NCBI GenBank assembly: GCA_964016885.1
Contig: OZ024740.1
Span: 323,950,001 to 324,014,000 of the forward strand
Length of the DNA stretch: 64,000 nt
From: Eledone cirrhosa
Lineage: Eukaryota
Reading direction: 5' to 3'
Shown here: positions 15,079 through 31,791 of the stretch, in pieces
How positions within the stretch are numbered: position 1 is the stretch's first letter
Layout of the letters: each line of letters starts with the position of its first letter
The notes under the pieces: model-generated
The model's database searches: none
Seen by the model: the letters and a program-made list of their open reading frames with translations, nothing else
Told to the model about the DNA's origin: nothing
Position numbers and translations under genes: made by a program

Positions 15079-16126
15079 CCGTCTGTCCGTCCGCCCACCT
15101 GCGCTGGTGTGTGACGATGAATGTGGGGGCTAAGGAAGATGATGTGTGTGATCTGAAATGAAATTGGTGTAAATGGAACGAAAACATTAAGCACTAACAA
15201 ACACAGATACCAAATATAATCAGCTTGTATCTGCGGTAATCTGGTGCAGGTTTGGTTGTAAGTGGATCAATTGTGTATACACTTTTGGTGGGTCTCCATC
15301 TGTAATGAAGGATTAGATCAGAGGAAAACTACTGAGTGAATGAATGAATGAACAAATAAATAAATAAAGGAAAGGCTTTAATTGCCTCTCATTGGCTAGA
15401 CTGAATGTCCGTCCGTTACATGTCATCGCCTTTGATGTTGACACGTGATGTGCTTGGATTACTGTCGTTAATGTGTGACGTAAAATATATCATGATACAA
15501 ATTAGCATTCAAAGATCCATATCGCACAATATACACGCTTATTGTGTACGTGTTACTGTGTGTGTGTGTGTGTGTGTATATATATACACACACACATGTA
15601 TATGTGCGTGTGTGATTATTGAAAGCCGCCCATTTATACAAACACCTCTACAATTGTGCTATAGTAAATTATGGAGAGAGGGGGGGGGCAGAGAGAGAAA
15701 GAGAGAGAGAGAGAGAGTAGAACCATCAGTGACACAGCAGTGTGTGTAATACGAGAAGATTTTAAAATATGTCTGGCTCAAATCGAATAATGATGGATAT
15801 GGAAGGATGGACGACAAATGGAAGATCGCAGTAAATCATGCCGTCCTTGTCACACATTTATCTTTCTTACTAAATCACTCTTCAAAGACTGGGGCATTTA
15901 ATAAATATTCAAATATCACAGTAGAAAGAGGAACGAGCCACATCGCAATATGTTGTAGTATTATACATTTGATATCAATGCTGAGATTTAGAAGACAAGT
16001 GAATATTTTTATATACACGTGTACCCAGGAAAGACCACTGATAATTAGTTATCTTTGTCCAATCTGATGAGCGACTACTTTTCTAACAAGGACACGTGTG
16101 TGTAATTCATATATAATTAAATAAAT

Positions 16127-16306
16127 AATTGTTTCTACTTTTGGCACAAGGCCAGCAATTATCCCAGTGTATTACTGGTGTTTTATTTTATCGACCCCGT
16201 AAGGATGAAAGACAAAGTTAACCTCGGCGGGATTTGAACTCAGATTATAGAGGGCCGTAACTCTGTGCTGCAAAGCATGGCAACCGATACTGCCAATACG
16301 CCGCCC
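16127..16306 (-). mobile_element. SINE family 1
   Basis: Family consensus; flanking tataattaaat(a/g)aataat duplication. Confidence 0.85.
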
Positions 16307-17539
16307 TATAATTAAATGAATAATAACGTTGGGGGTGTGATAGCGAAGAAATATACGAAATAAAGTAACTTTTTAATATTTTTTAGACTTGTTTCTTTGT
16401 ATTTGGTTAGCTTTGAGGTGATAGCCATGAATTAGCTTCTGACTAAAGATTAAGAACTGTCACCAATGTAAGGTCTCCTAGAGCAATCTAGCATCAGCCA
16501 GGGAGAATTTGAAAATATTTGGACAATCTCTAATTATTAGAATGTGAATGTGTATATTTGAAATATGGCGGCGAATTAGCAGAATTGTTAGGACGTTGGG
16601 TTAAATTTGTTCCGTCTCACTGCGGACTGAGTTCCAAAACTGCTGAGGTCAACTTTACCATTCAAGGTCGATAAAGTATCAGCCCAGTACCTGAGTAAAT
16701 TCTTCTTTATTCTCGCCCTTTCTATTTCCAATGAAGAAATTGGTTCTATTCAAACCTGGAGAGCGATGGACTCCGCCAGCTTTAGACTGCCCAAGACACG
16801 CCGTGTTAGAAGGCAATGACCTAAGGGCCGTTCCTTTATTTGAAATATAACCTCACTCCTTCTTTGATTCATTCGACATCCTTCTTCTGTATTGTACCCA
16901 TCCTTAGTATTAAGGTGTCAACGAAAATCGAATCTAATCCGATCTGAAGTATCTTCGGGTAGGGGACTATGTAAAAATCTATTGGTACTGACATACCATC
17001 AGCTGAGTATATTTGAGTTTGTAGGTGTTAACTTCATCATTCTTGCCTTTTAATTACTGATATAATCGCAGGGGCACTGTTGTGATATACAGCGTATTTA
17101 GGGAATTTACACCTGACAGAACCCATCTCTCTTCATGTCTGAACACAGTCGATTTCTCACAAAGAAGGGGCAGACAATAAAAAAGGACGAATCGACTCCT
17201 GTAATAAACAGGCACTGCATTTATCGAGCTCGATAGTCAAAGTTGACCTCATTGGAATTTGAACTCAGGGCGCAAGAAGCCGGAACGAATACCGCAAAAT
17301 ATTCTAACCGATTTTCTGAGGACTCTGCCAATTTACCATCAATTTGTAAATTAGTGCTGACTAACATGCTGATTAAACAAATATCTAGTTCTGATGATTC
17401 GTTTAAGACTACAGGAGAAAGTCAAGGTTATACACTTTCACACTAATGTAGATCCTTCAGTAAAGATTTCACTAAATTTACACGAAATGTAACCACGAAT
17501 ATTTACATGCTTATTCTTCAATTTATTCTCTCTTTCTCG

Positions 17540-17613
<74 letters not shown>

Positions 17614-18039
17614 CTCTCTCTCTCTCTCTCTCACTCTCTCTCTCTCTGGAAAAACTCGTCACAACGAAGATTACCATAAATGGTAACAAAAACAGTAATA
17701 GAAACAACATCAACATCATCATGATCGCCATGTTACGGTTTTTAATGTTTCTGAACGTAAAACCAGCCAAGTTACAGAACAAAAATAGAACATTTTATCT
17801 TTTACTTGGTACGAAAAAAGGCTCTAGAAATGGACAGAAAAAAAAAAAGGGAAAAGTTGAAATATTAAAAATTTAGTAGAAAATAACAACAAAAATATAT
17901 TGACTTTGAAGAAATAACAAGAATTGGAGCAACATACGTTGACAAGGACGCCATCGTAGCTATGTTTCTATCATTACCACTTGTAACAACATTGCATTTT
18001 ACATTCATCATCAATGCCAAGATACACGTGCGCACGCAC

Positions 18040-18081
<42 letters not shown>

Positions 18082-18218
18082 AGAAAGAGAGAGGAAGAGA
18101 AAGAGACGTAGAAAAACACACACACAATATATATATATACATACATACATACATACACACACATATATATATATACACACAGACACATATATAAACACAC
18201 ACATATATATATACATAT

Positions 18219-18253
<35 letters not shown>

Positions 18254-18290
18254 TATATATATATACATATACACACACACATATATATAT

Positions 18291-18321
<31 letters not shown>

Positions 18322-18519
18322 TGTATACACACACACATATATATATATATATAAGTATGTACAGGTACATACATATATGTATACAGACGTACAGTAGTAT
18401 GTATATATATATACATACAACTGTACGTCTGTATACATATATGTATGTACGTATACATACTTATATTTAAGTAACAACCGTACTAAGAGTGGGAAATGAA
18501 ATTTCGTTTCATTTTTTCC

Positions 18520-18566
<47 letters not shown>

Positions 18567-19268
18567 CACAAATGCATGTATGTATGTATTATGTATGTAT
18601 GCATACACTCAGATTTTTACTATAGGAAAAAAAGAGTGTCTTACAGCATAATATAGGTACCAGAGGGATGTATGTATAAGCGTAACATCTGAAACACTTC
18701 AAATGAGATCATCCATCTATACATATATACACACATATGTGTGTGTATAATATGTATGTATGTATGTATACTTTTATAAAACATGTTTTAGTCCTCTGTA
18801 TATTTTGTTTGTTATATTTAATCATTTTTTAAGAATTTGTTTATATATTTCAGAATCTATCTATACACATATGGAAACGCTCATCTAAATGTCTCACTAT
18901 CTAATTTATACACACACATATGTACATACATGTAAACAAACATGCACACATATACATATACACACTCCTCCATATACATATATATATTTGGTGAGACAGA
19001 GAGATAGACGGATCCCTATGTATCTACGTCTGTAGTTTATGTCTCATAACTTAGTAGTTGGACAGAAAGAGATCGATCAAATATGTACTAAATTTGATAA
19101 GAGATGTACAGGCTGAGAAAAAAACAAAACAAAAATAGAGTAAAAGAGAATATATACATACACACACGTGTATGTAAGTTTGTGGGTTGAACTCGTGTCT
19201 CAGCGTAAATAGTGAGATAATGTGAGTGGAATATAAAAATAGAAAACCCCCCACACACTATGTAAGTG

Positions 19269-19306
<38 letters not shown>

Positions 19307-19307
<1 letters not shown>

Positions 19308-19378
19308 AAATGACTTCTATAGGACTACAACTGTTTCATACAAATAATACAGTTCTAATCCAGTAGAAGTCATTTCTC
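19307..19378. repeat. Family B-related hairpin after (TA)n
   Basis: gaaatgacttcta..ggact..aactgt / acagtt..atcc..tagaagtcatttc inverted repeat; shares aggact.gaa.tgtttcat with about 3520. Confidence 0.55.
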
Positions 19379-19389
19379 TATATAATAAC

Positions 19390-19563
19390 TGTTTCTACTT
19401 TAGGCACAAGGCCAGCGCATTACTGGTACTTTATTTTATCGACCCCGTAAGGATGAAAGGCAAAGTCAACCTCGGCGGGATTTGAACTCAGATCGTAAAG
19501 GGACGCAACTATGCTAGAAAGCATGGCGTCCGACACTCTACCGATACTGCCAATCCACCGCCC
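19390..19563 (-). mobile_element. SINE family 1 with 17-bp TSD
   Basis: tttctctatataataac at 19373-19389 and 19564-19580. Confidence 0.9.
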
Positions 19564-19880
19564 TTTCTCTATATAATAACGATGCCTATACTCTATCAAT
19601 GTATTGAGGACCCTTTTTAACTGTGGTTACCGACACCCAATCCCCCATAACATAACTCGGGAATCTACATATTTGCACATACACGCACATATGTATGTAT
19701 ACACCTATATCTATATATCTCTCTATATATATATATAATATAAGACAGGGACATAGAGGCGAAAAAGGAACGCGCAATGTATGAATGTGTGTGTGTGTAA
19801 TACAGCTATGTTGTTGAGAATCCGAAATTGTACATTTGGAAACAATACGAGAGAGCAATAAAGTGAGAGAGCATAAACTC

Positions 19881-19977
<97 letters not shown>

Positions 19978-20210
19978 TATAGCATAATAGTGTGTCTGTG
20001 GCGGCCATGTTGATTATAAGAGTATGTAATGTTAAAAACAATACGCTGTTGTTTCTTAATTGATAATTTTACCTCAAGCTTTTGAAGTGTTACTGATGTC
20101 AACATAGATGACTAGATATTGTTGCGCAGGTATGTGTATGTGTCTTGGTGTGTGCGTGCGTGTCTATCTGTCTCTGCATGTGTGTGTGAGCGTGTGTGTG
20201 TGTGTGTGTG

Positions 20211-20281
<71 letters not shown>

Positions 20282-20415
20282 GAGAGAAAGATAGATATAG
20301 ATAAAGAGAAAGATGGAGAAAGAGAGACATACAAAGAAAGAGAAAGAGGGAGACAAAGATAAAGAAAGACAGAGAGAGAGAGGGAAAGAGAGAGAGAGAT
20401 TATATATATATATAT

Positions 20416-20450
<35 letters not shown>

Positions 20451-20676
20451 CGAGAGAAAGTTAGGGAGAGAGAATGGCCGCAGAGTAGATATCATTTCTC
20501 AGTATATATCCAGATCGTGACATGCTTCCCACTGCCCTCACCCTATCACTTTCTCTCCCCTCTCACTTCCAGCTGTAGGAACTAAAACAATTTATGGCAA
20601 ATACTGGAACAGAAGTAAACAATAAATAAAAACATATCAACATCATAGAGTCTCTCGCGAGACAGCAGCAACACTA

Positions 20677-22355
<1,679 letters not shown>

Positions 22356-22754
22356 TGTAATCGACGTTAATTATCTGCTGGTTGTCCTGGGCAACGTTTG
22401 AACAATCTTGTTGTCCAAATGTAACACTAACATGCTTTCACTATATCTTTCTATATATACACTATATACACTATATCTTTCTATACATACACATACACAC
22501 GGATTTATACATACATTCACATACGCACATAGATACGTGTATGCACACACGTATATATAGATATTCATAGACACATAGATACAGAAAAGCCATACACAAG
22601 GTATGGTTTTGTAGATATACATAGCTACATAACTGATATGTTTCTACTACCTACACACACATGCATGTAACATATGTACCGACATAGATAGCTATCTAGA
22701 TAGATAGACACGTATTTATATGGATATTTTTCATTTCTATTTTTACATACCTAT

Positions 22755-22797
22755 ATGTACATATATATATATATATATGTGTATATATATATATATA

Positions 22798-22856
<59 letters not shown>

Positions 22857-22875
22857 GTGTATATATATATATATA

Positions 22876-22908
<33 letters not shown>

Positions 22909-22953
22909 GTGTATATATATATATATATATATGTGTATATATATATATATATA

Positions 22954-23030
<77 letters not shown>

Positions 23031-23351
23031 ATATATATATATACATATATATATATATACATACATATATATATACATATATATATATATATACACATAT
23101 ATATATATAAACATATATATACACACACATATATATATATATATACATATATATATACACGCACATATATATATATATACATATAATATATACATATATA
23201 TGTATATACATATATATATATACACACATATATATATATATACACATATATATATACATATATATGTATATACATATATATATATACACATACATATATA
23301 TATATACACATATATATATACACATATATATATATATATATATATACACAT

Positions 23352-23382
<31 letters not shown>

Positions 23383-23429
23383 CACATACACACATATATA
23401 TATATATACCAACTTCTGTACATACATGC

Positions 23430-23518
<89 letters not shown>

Positions 23519-23519
23519 T
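22755..23519. repeat. Degenerate (TA)n microsatellite
   Basis: Direct reading. Confidence 0.95.
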
Positions 23520-24382
23520 TTCAAGTATGCATGTACTGATGAAAATATCCTTAGGTTTTCCTTTATTTATGAAATTACCTTACATTGCTGTTGCGATGTT
23601 GTTGAAAATACATTAGGATTTGGAAGCGAGAAAATAGAAATAGGCGGAAAATATCTCTACAAATATAAATAATAAAGATATTTACGAAAACAAAATATTG
23701 GAGAGAAATGAAATTAGTGAAGAAGATTGATATCAGAATATAGAAAGTAAATAATCAGAATTTGGCTGATAAAGTAGAGCAATTTGGACAACGGCAAAAC
23801 GTAGCGAAAGGATCAAAGATGGCTGACATGTGGAGTGTGCTACAGCGCTATTAATATGGCGTCGGCAATAGAAGAACCTTTACGTTTAGAATAATAAATA
23901 CATTACGAAAAGACACACAGACAGACACATCATCCCTCTGAACATTGTGTCGATGTGTGCAGTAGTCACATGTGTTTTTCCTATAGACTCCTCATATTAT
24001 GTCTGTATACACACACACACATATATATACACACACGTGCATTTGTACATTTGTGTGTGTGTGTGTATATCTATATATACGCAAGCCCAACCCAGAACAC
24101 TCTACCCACGTGGGGGATTCCCCGTAGGCTACTTGCCATATAACTCCAAACATATGTAAGAAATTGAAGACGTAAGCTGATAAACTAAACCTCCATACCA
24201 CAATCACCGAAATGCATTATCAGATAAAAGAAACATAGGTGGCAGCTCGTAGTGAGTTCGCTCCCTACAACACACTTATGACTCTTTAATTTAAATATTC
24301 CTTTATTTCCTTCAAATTATTACTCATAATACCAAAATGATATGCGACCGCCCGTGGTTCAACAATACAAAGCTATATATTT

Positions 24383-24737
24383 AAAGTGTTTTCAGTAATC
24401 TAAAAAACTTCGTTAAGTTATATTTCAAACACCAACTTAATGAAAAAGTTAGTTATACATCTCTTCTAAATTTTGAATATTTTCAAAATTATTTGAAAAC
24501 TACAAGCATTTTCTTTCATTAGAAATATGGTAGTGAAAAGAGTAAAGTGTTTATATTTATCTAAAAACTTCATGTCATAATTTTATCTAAATTCTATTTT
24601 TAAATCATGTTAAAAAAAGGCCAGCTTGATAATGAGAAAATTACATTAGCAAATCTCTATAAATTCATGAATATTTTCAAAATTATTTCAAAACTATTGC
24701 TGGTGTTTATATTAGAAATACGATAACGAAAAGGTTA
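24383..24737. repeat. Two diverged tandem copies of a 160-190-bp unit, possibly a DNA-transposon end
   Basis: aaagtgttt..atctaaaaa..gaatattttcaaaattattt.aaaacta..attagaaata.g.ta..gaaaag occurs twice. Confidence 0.55.
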
Positions 24738-25389
24738 GCGCTAGGTAAAATAGTTACTCCAATACACGTATATTTTCTTACGTGGTAAATTTTATCAGAT
24801 ACCTGATAGATAACAGCAGTAACTATCCTCCATTAATATAATATATTTTATAGTATATAGTCCCTGTTTGTCCGGCTTCCTTAGTACGCTGAATATATTA
24901 TCATTTTATTAAATGACTCTCTCTCTCTCTTTCCCTCTTTATATATATATATATATTATATTATATTATATTATATATATATATATATATATATGGGAGG
25001 CGTTAGTTTGTACGGGGAGATGATGTGAGCGCGTAATAATTTATGAGGAGCAAAAGACGATAGCGTTTGTAAGAGTGAATTAGCTGTGTGGGCGGTGAAT
25101 TTGCAGATTCCTTAAATCAGATAGAATGCTTTGCTATATTCGTTCTGGTTCCCAGTCTTTTGAGTTCAAATCTCAACGACGTCGACCTTATCATCATTTC
25201 GAGGTCGATAAAAAAAGTGCCAGTCAAGTACTGAGGTCGGTTCTTACTCTATATCTTTTTGTCACTTCATCTCCAACACCATATCTCTTCTTATTTCGAA
25301 GAAATCGGTTGAATTAAAGACGTGGCTCCACCAGGTTAAAATGCCAACATTGTTGCATGTCACTACGGTGCCCTTACGACTACATTAGC

Positions 25390-25466
<77 letters not shown>

Positions 25467-26241
25467 TTTATCTAGTTTTATTTATATAATGGTTGGATTA
25501 AACACCATCCTATTCTTTCTTCACCCACTTTTTCATAGAAGGGTCGGGGGTAAGGTTCCTCAAAACCCACAATCTAAATCCTAGTTGATTGAGCACTTTC
25601 AATTTCGTTGAATAACTTATAAAAGTGAGTCATACTGTGAGACCCAACGTATTTGCTCGGCCTGCTAGAAACAGCAGTCAAATATCAGTCTAATTAAAAA
25701 TTACCATCTTAAAAAGAAAGCAAGGATAGTTTAGACAATGTTGTTCTATATGAACGTTGCCTGAAAGATAATACAGGATGGTCACGGTTGGAAGGCCTTT
25801 AGCCATGAATCCTCACAATCAGGGTTGAACAAATATGAACAGTAACAACAACTTCCCTAAAAACAACAATAACAACAAATGTTAACTGCTGTAGACTCAT
25901 CTCTTGTTTATTTATATACACCCTGCCAACAAGCTATGTAATTGGAACGTTAAACAAGAACTAGAGTCGTTGATAAGGATAGACATTAGAGTACAGCCAA
26001 TCCATTCATATTACTACCTCTTCGATATAGTAAAGAGTCAATATAAGTTGAATCATCACCCTGACAATCATAACATTTCTTTTAACACTTGCTTAAGTTT
26101 CCAGTCAACAAGAGGGGGAGACAACTATTCTGTAATTCTATCATAATTTAGTCAATCTTTCCAATGTCGATTTAAGTAACAACTCCTTTCAACTCGATAT
26201 AAGGTTATTGAGGAGAATTTAGATAAACATATAAATAATAA

Positions 26242-26605
26242 TAAGAAAAGAAGAAGAAAAAAGAAGAAAAAAAGAAAAAAGAAGAAAAAAAGAAAGAAAA
26301 AGAAAAGAAAGAAAAGAAGAAAAAGAAAAAAAAGAAGATAAAGAAGAGGAAAAGAAGAAAAAGAAGAAAAAAGAAGAAGAAGAAGAAGAAGAAGAAGAAG
26401 AAGAAGAAGAAGAAAAAAGAAGAAAAAAAAAAGAAGAAGAAGAAGAAGAAGAAGAAGAAGAAGAAGAAGAAGAAGAAGAAGAAGAAGAAGAAGAAGAAGA
26501 AGAAGAAGAAGAAGAAGGAAAACAAAGAAGAAGAAGAAAACGAAAAAGAAGAAGAAAACGAAAAAGAAAAAGAAAACGAAAAAGAAGAAGAAAAGGAAGA
26601 AGAAT
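26242..26605. repeat. (GAA)n-rich polypurine tract
   Basis: About 360 bp that is almost only A/G. Confidence 0.95.
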
Positions 26606-27571
26606 AAATGAAATAAGCAAGAGTGAGTCATGAAACTTAAGACTTCTTCGTCTCTCCACGTAATCCTATAAATTCCAGCAGACAGACGCAGGTTCGATAT
26701 CAATCTACCTACACATCCATCACTCTTGTTATTACTGTTTTTCTTTTTTGGTCCATCCATCTCCAAGAATTCTTCTAGATATAACCTCTTCCTTATATTC
26801 ATCTATCGATCTATTCAGCCAGCCATCCGATCATTACTTTTTACGAGTATATATGCAAGCGTGTATGAGTGTATGTCTGTGTGTGCGTGTGTATATTGTC
26901 TGTGTATATGTGTGAGTGTATGCGTGTATGGGCAAGTGTCATTGTATGTATGTATGTATGTATGTATGTGTGTGTGTATGTATGTATGTATATGTGTGTA
27001 TGTATGTATGTGTGTGTATATATCAATGTGTATGTATGTCTGTGTATATTGTGTGTATTTATGTGTATATATGTATGTATGTGTGTGTGTGTCTGTATGT
27101 TGTGTGAATGTGTGTGCGAGTGTATGCGTGTGTGGGCAAATGTGTGTGTGTGTATGTATATGTGTTATGTATATGTGTTTTGTATGCATATGTGTTTTTG
27201 TGTGTGTATGTTTTTGTATGTGTATGTATGTATATGTGTTTATGTATGTGTATGCGTGTGTGTGGGTGTATGCGTGTGTCTATGTGTATATACGTATGTT
27301 TGCATATATGTGTAATTCTTATGACACTCGGATTAACTAGACGCCGCCATCATATACCGAGTAATTTACATTGGACCCGAATTCTTTCTTTCATTTCATT
27401 ATGTTTAGGGTCGGGGTGGGGGCAGGGAATCGATTTTGTCTGACAGTACAGAACCTAATTTAAATTGCTAGTTAATGTCAAAACTCTTTCACACAATGCA
27501 TCGCGAAAATGATATATTTTATATATGTGTGCGTGTGCGCGGCGAATGCTTATGTGTGTGTGTGCGTGTAT

Positions 27572-27674
<103 letters not shown>

Positions 27675-28135
27675 GATAGAGATAGAGAGAGGTCGCAGGG
27701 GGTGATATAGAAAGTGAGGGGAGAGATCAAGGGGAGGGCGAAATAGAGGGGAAGGAGAGATAGAAAGATGGAGGGGGCGGGAGGGAGGGAGAAAGAGACA
27801 CAGGTAACAGGAGGGAGAGATGGAGAGAGTGGGAAGGAGAGAGAGATTTTGAAAGATTTTGAAAGGTTTGACTCAGAATTGGTTTCTAAAGTTTGAAAAG
27901 AGTAGAAATGTAGAAATGTGCAGATGCCATATCACAAACACAACCGCCATTATTTCCTGCAACGAAGAGATGTTTAATAAAACTCGAAAAGGAGCAGCCG
28001 CTCGTAGCATTAAGGGCTACCGTAGATTTGTGGTGAGATTCATGTATCGTCTTTTTGGGGAAGTTCTCCACTATAAGAATGGCTGTTCTGCCATGGATAA
28101 TGTGTATACCGAATATATATATATATATATATATA

Positions 28136-28249
28136 CGTAGGTCCCGGGTTGAGTCGGGGATAACCACAGTAAGTAAGGTACTCAATACATGGCAGAGTAA
28201 AATATATTTATTGTATAGAAGGAGCTTCACTAAAAGCTCCTTCGATACA

Positions 28250-28259
<10 letters not shown>
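28136..28259. mobile_element. (TA)n-embedded tail+hairpin element, family B
   Basis: About 65-bp tail containing ggtactcaatac, then 26-bp arms 28202-28227 / 28234-28259 (1 mismatch); (TA)n on both sides. Confidence 0.7.
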
Positions 28260-28298
<39 letters not shown>

Positions 28299-28445
28299 GA
28301 CACATACGTCACGGCGTAGCCACACACCTCTCCGTCTTATCCAGCTTTTGAAAATCATAGAAATGTGAAACCGGTATTATAAATCGATTTTCATAAACAT
28401 TTCAATTGTATTCCCAACTTCATTTTTCCTATATTCTAACCACAT

Positions 28446-28518
<73 letters not shown>

Positions 28519-28717
28519 TAGTGTTCGATTTATTGCTTCCATTTACTTTTTGCATATATATATATATATCTTTTCTAAAAAATAAATCAAACACAAAACG
28601 CCAGCACCAACAGTTTTGCAAGAGATGTTTACATTTGAATAGACCTGTTGTTTTTATCTAGAGACATTTTTTTCCAGTTCGAACCCGCCCCTCCCCTCAA
28701 TCTATCTTATTTCTCAT

Positions 28718-28760
28718 TCTTTCTGTTGATGAAGGACTAGCGTCCGAAACGTTAAGACCC
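28718..28760 (+). ncRNA. Degenerate minimal hammerhead motif in a probable Penelope-like terminal repeat remnant
   Basis: UUGAUGA-A-GGAC-UAGC-GUCC-GAAA-CGUU-AAGA. Stem II and palindromic ACGU stem III are intact; C3 is changed to U and stem I is offset. Confidence 0.5.
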
Positions 28761-28851
28761 TCTTCCTGCTATATGAAGCCTTAACCTAATATATCCCTTC
28801 CATATACTGTACCGATCGTGTTGTTATTTCTGTTTACCTTTTACACACACA

Positions 28852-28896
<45 letters not shown>

Positions 28897-28898
<2 letters not shown>

Positions 28899-29063
28899 CG
28901 AAGGAAATGTGGTAAGGAACCAGGTGGACCATAACGCACCAAAGTACTCAATACTTAGGGTAGTAGAGTGGGTAATAGGAACGAGTAGGACCCCGACGGC
29001 TGAGCTCAGAATTGGCCGTCGTAACGGCTTGAGCTCAGCCGTCGGGGTCCTACTCGTTCCTAT
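28897..29063. mobile_element. Tail+hairpin element, family A
   Basis: Same aacgaagg..gtactcaatacttaggg..taatagg tail plus inverted arm; pure (TA)n on both sides. Confidence 0.8.
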
Positions 29064-30744
29064 ATATATATATATATATATATACGGTCTACATAGTATG
29101 CATGGCCGAACATAATCCTCGTAAAACCTCACACTATATAACCTTTCCCTGTAATTTCCCCTTTATCTGGTGCCCCTGAGGCAAAATTATTATTACCTCC
29201 ATTGTTATTATATAAATTGATTAATAAACATCAGCCATGTATTACCTATAAAATGATATTAAACAGTTCACAGTATATATAATATATATATATATACATA
29301 CCTGTACACATATATCCACACACACATATATACATATACACACACCCATACGCATACACAAAAGACACAAAAACTGTCCATCTTAATAAGATTACCTAAT
29401 TGACATATCATTCAGGCAGATATTCAATCGATAGTCATACAAACTAAATAAATGAAATGTGATTGAATAATTTCATAATCGATAGTGGCACACAGAAATG
29501 GGGATAGGAGAGAAACGTGAGGATGGAGGTCAGATAAAGGTTTTTCAACTAGCAATAGATAAAGCCAGGTTGAGCTGAATTAGAAGCTAGCTTTCGTCGG
29601 GGAATTAACTCGGTTCTTCAGATGACTGTGCCGGATCAAAGATTTTCTTATTGGCTTTTGTTAGAGCTCTGTTTTATCTCCTTCCAGTTTACTGGCAAAC
29701 AGCTCTACAAAGCCACTGGAGTTATTAGAGCTTGGGGGGGGGGGTTATATTCACTAGTTTCCTCCTCAGCCTCCTACTATTTAAGTTTGCCCTTTCTATT
29801 ATTCCTTCTCCTTCTCTTCCCACTATTTAACTATGCCGTTTTTACTCCTTCCTTTCTCCACTTCCCGCTATTAATGTTTGCCGTCAAATAATCAGAGAAG
29901 TTAGTATAGACGAATGGATGAAGTACTGAAGCGTGGAGATGAGAAAAGCAGCAACTGAAATCATATTTCTCGGCTAATAATTCTTTCTTTCTTTCTCGCT
30001 TTACAAGCTTTCATCTTTTTTTGGCTTGTCTACTGATCAGATGAAGGTAAACTGCCGTAAATATATCGTATTGAATTCAATAACTCATGCCTATAGTTTT
30101 TGTATGTATACACACACACACACACAATGTATACACACACATACATAAACACAAACACACTAACTAAGCGGCTTTCAGGCGTCTTTAGGGGATTTTTTTT
30201 TCTTCTTCACCGGTGAATTTCATTTAAGGAAAATGAAAACGAAGACGAAATAACGACAATAACCAGAGTAAATATTAGTTTTATTTTTCACCTTGACACA
30301 GCAAGGACTATTGTAGAATAGAAAGGATATATGGTTGGTTAACCACAATACCATTACATATCACTGGTATTTAATAAATCAACCAAAGGGTTGATGAAAG
30401 GTGACACAGTTACAGGTGCAATTTGAACTTGGAAATGGGAGGGTGGAAGTATGATTAAATAATATAATATACTTAATGAGATTTTCTCCACCCTCAAACG
30501 TAATTTCGATTTTCTGATTGGACGGCGAGTTGTGTGCTTGAGCAAGGCATTGTTTCACTTCGCTCCAGTCCATAGAGCAGAAATAAATAGGAGTTGTGAC
30601 GAGACTAATGCCAAGTATTATCAGCCCTTCCTTTTCTCTTGGGCATCACATATAGTGTATTTATATATATGTAGGGTGTCCCCCATAATGTATACACACT
30701 TCAACAGTATTCTAATAAAGTGCGTATACATTTTTGGGGACAAC

Positions 30745-30803
<59 letters not shown>

Positions 30804-31189
30804 AATTGCAACAACACTGGTGCCAATCTGTATCGACCTTTGCCTTTTCCTTCATTTATTGATGGCGTGGAGAAAGGAGACTAGCATGCATGGCCAATTG
30901 CTAGTCTTCCACTAAACACCTTGCTCAAGCATGCGCCTTGGAGATGAACTATCCAGGTGGAAACTCATGGCCAGTCATGCCTGGCAGTAACCAACCATAT
31001 AATAATACAATCTTATGAACACTCTTTCCAAACGAAACATTATCTTAGATAGATATAAACCGTCAACCCTTCGGCAAGTAATCCAATCCAATATATCCAT
31101 GGCTGGCTTTGAATGACGGAATAGTCCAAAGAATAAGAGATTTAACTTTGTAAAGCTGATACTAGAGCACACAATGAAATATAGAGACA

Positions 31190-31220
<31 letters not shown>

Positions 31221-31755
31221 TGTATGTATGTATGTATGTATGTATGTATGTATGTATGTATGTATGTACGTACGATTTTTGTGGGTTTGACAAAAGGAAG
31301 CTTTTACCACGGGAATGATAAGAAGACATGAGAAGGCTTACCCAATATTTGGGGAGAAAAAAAAATCCAATGAAAAAAGAAATTGTCACAATCCAAATAA
31401 CCGTATTGCTGCGATATAATATAGTATATAATATATACAATGTAAAATATAATATGCAGATAATGATGTTTAAGATAGAATTCGAGTGAGTTACTGGGAT
31501 ATTTAACAAAAGATCGCTAAAAGAACAAAATAATTTCGTTAAAAACGAAAAACTACCTTTTTACTTGCCTGGGGTTGAAAAATAGACGAATGAAAAGAAA
31601 TATTTAAATATGGACGAGCAAAAAGAAATAGAAAATATTTATCTAGCCATTCAGGTCCAGCACGAAAAGGTCATTTTAAAAGCAGCGCTTTTTATTGAGT
31701 TCTTTCTCTTTCTTTATATATATATGCATATATGTGTGTGTTTTGCATATTCTGC

Positions 31756-31791
<36 letters not shown>

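Noticed and set aside
27859-28140. 93-aa ORF with WFLKFEK, faintly like a transposase N-terminus
   Set aside because: Too little similarity to support by eye; no TIR pair found.
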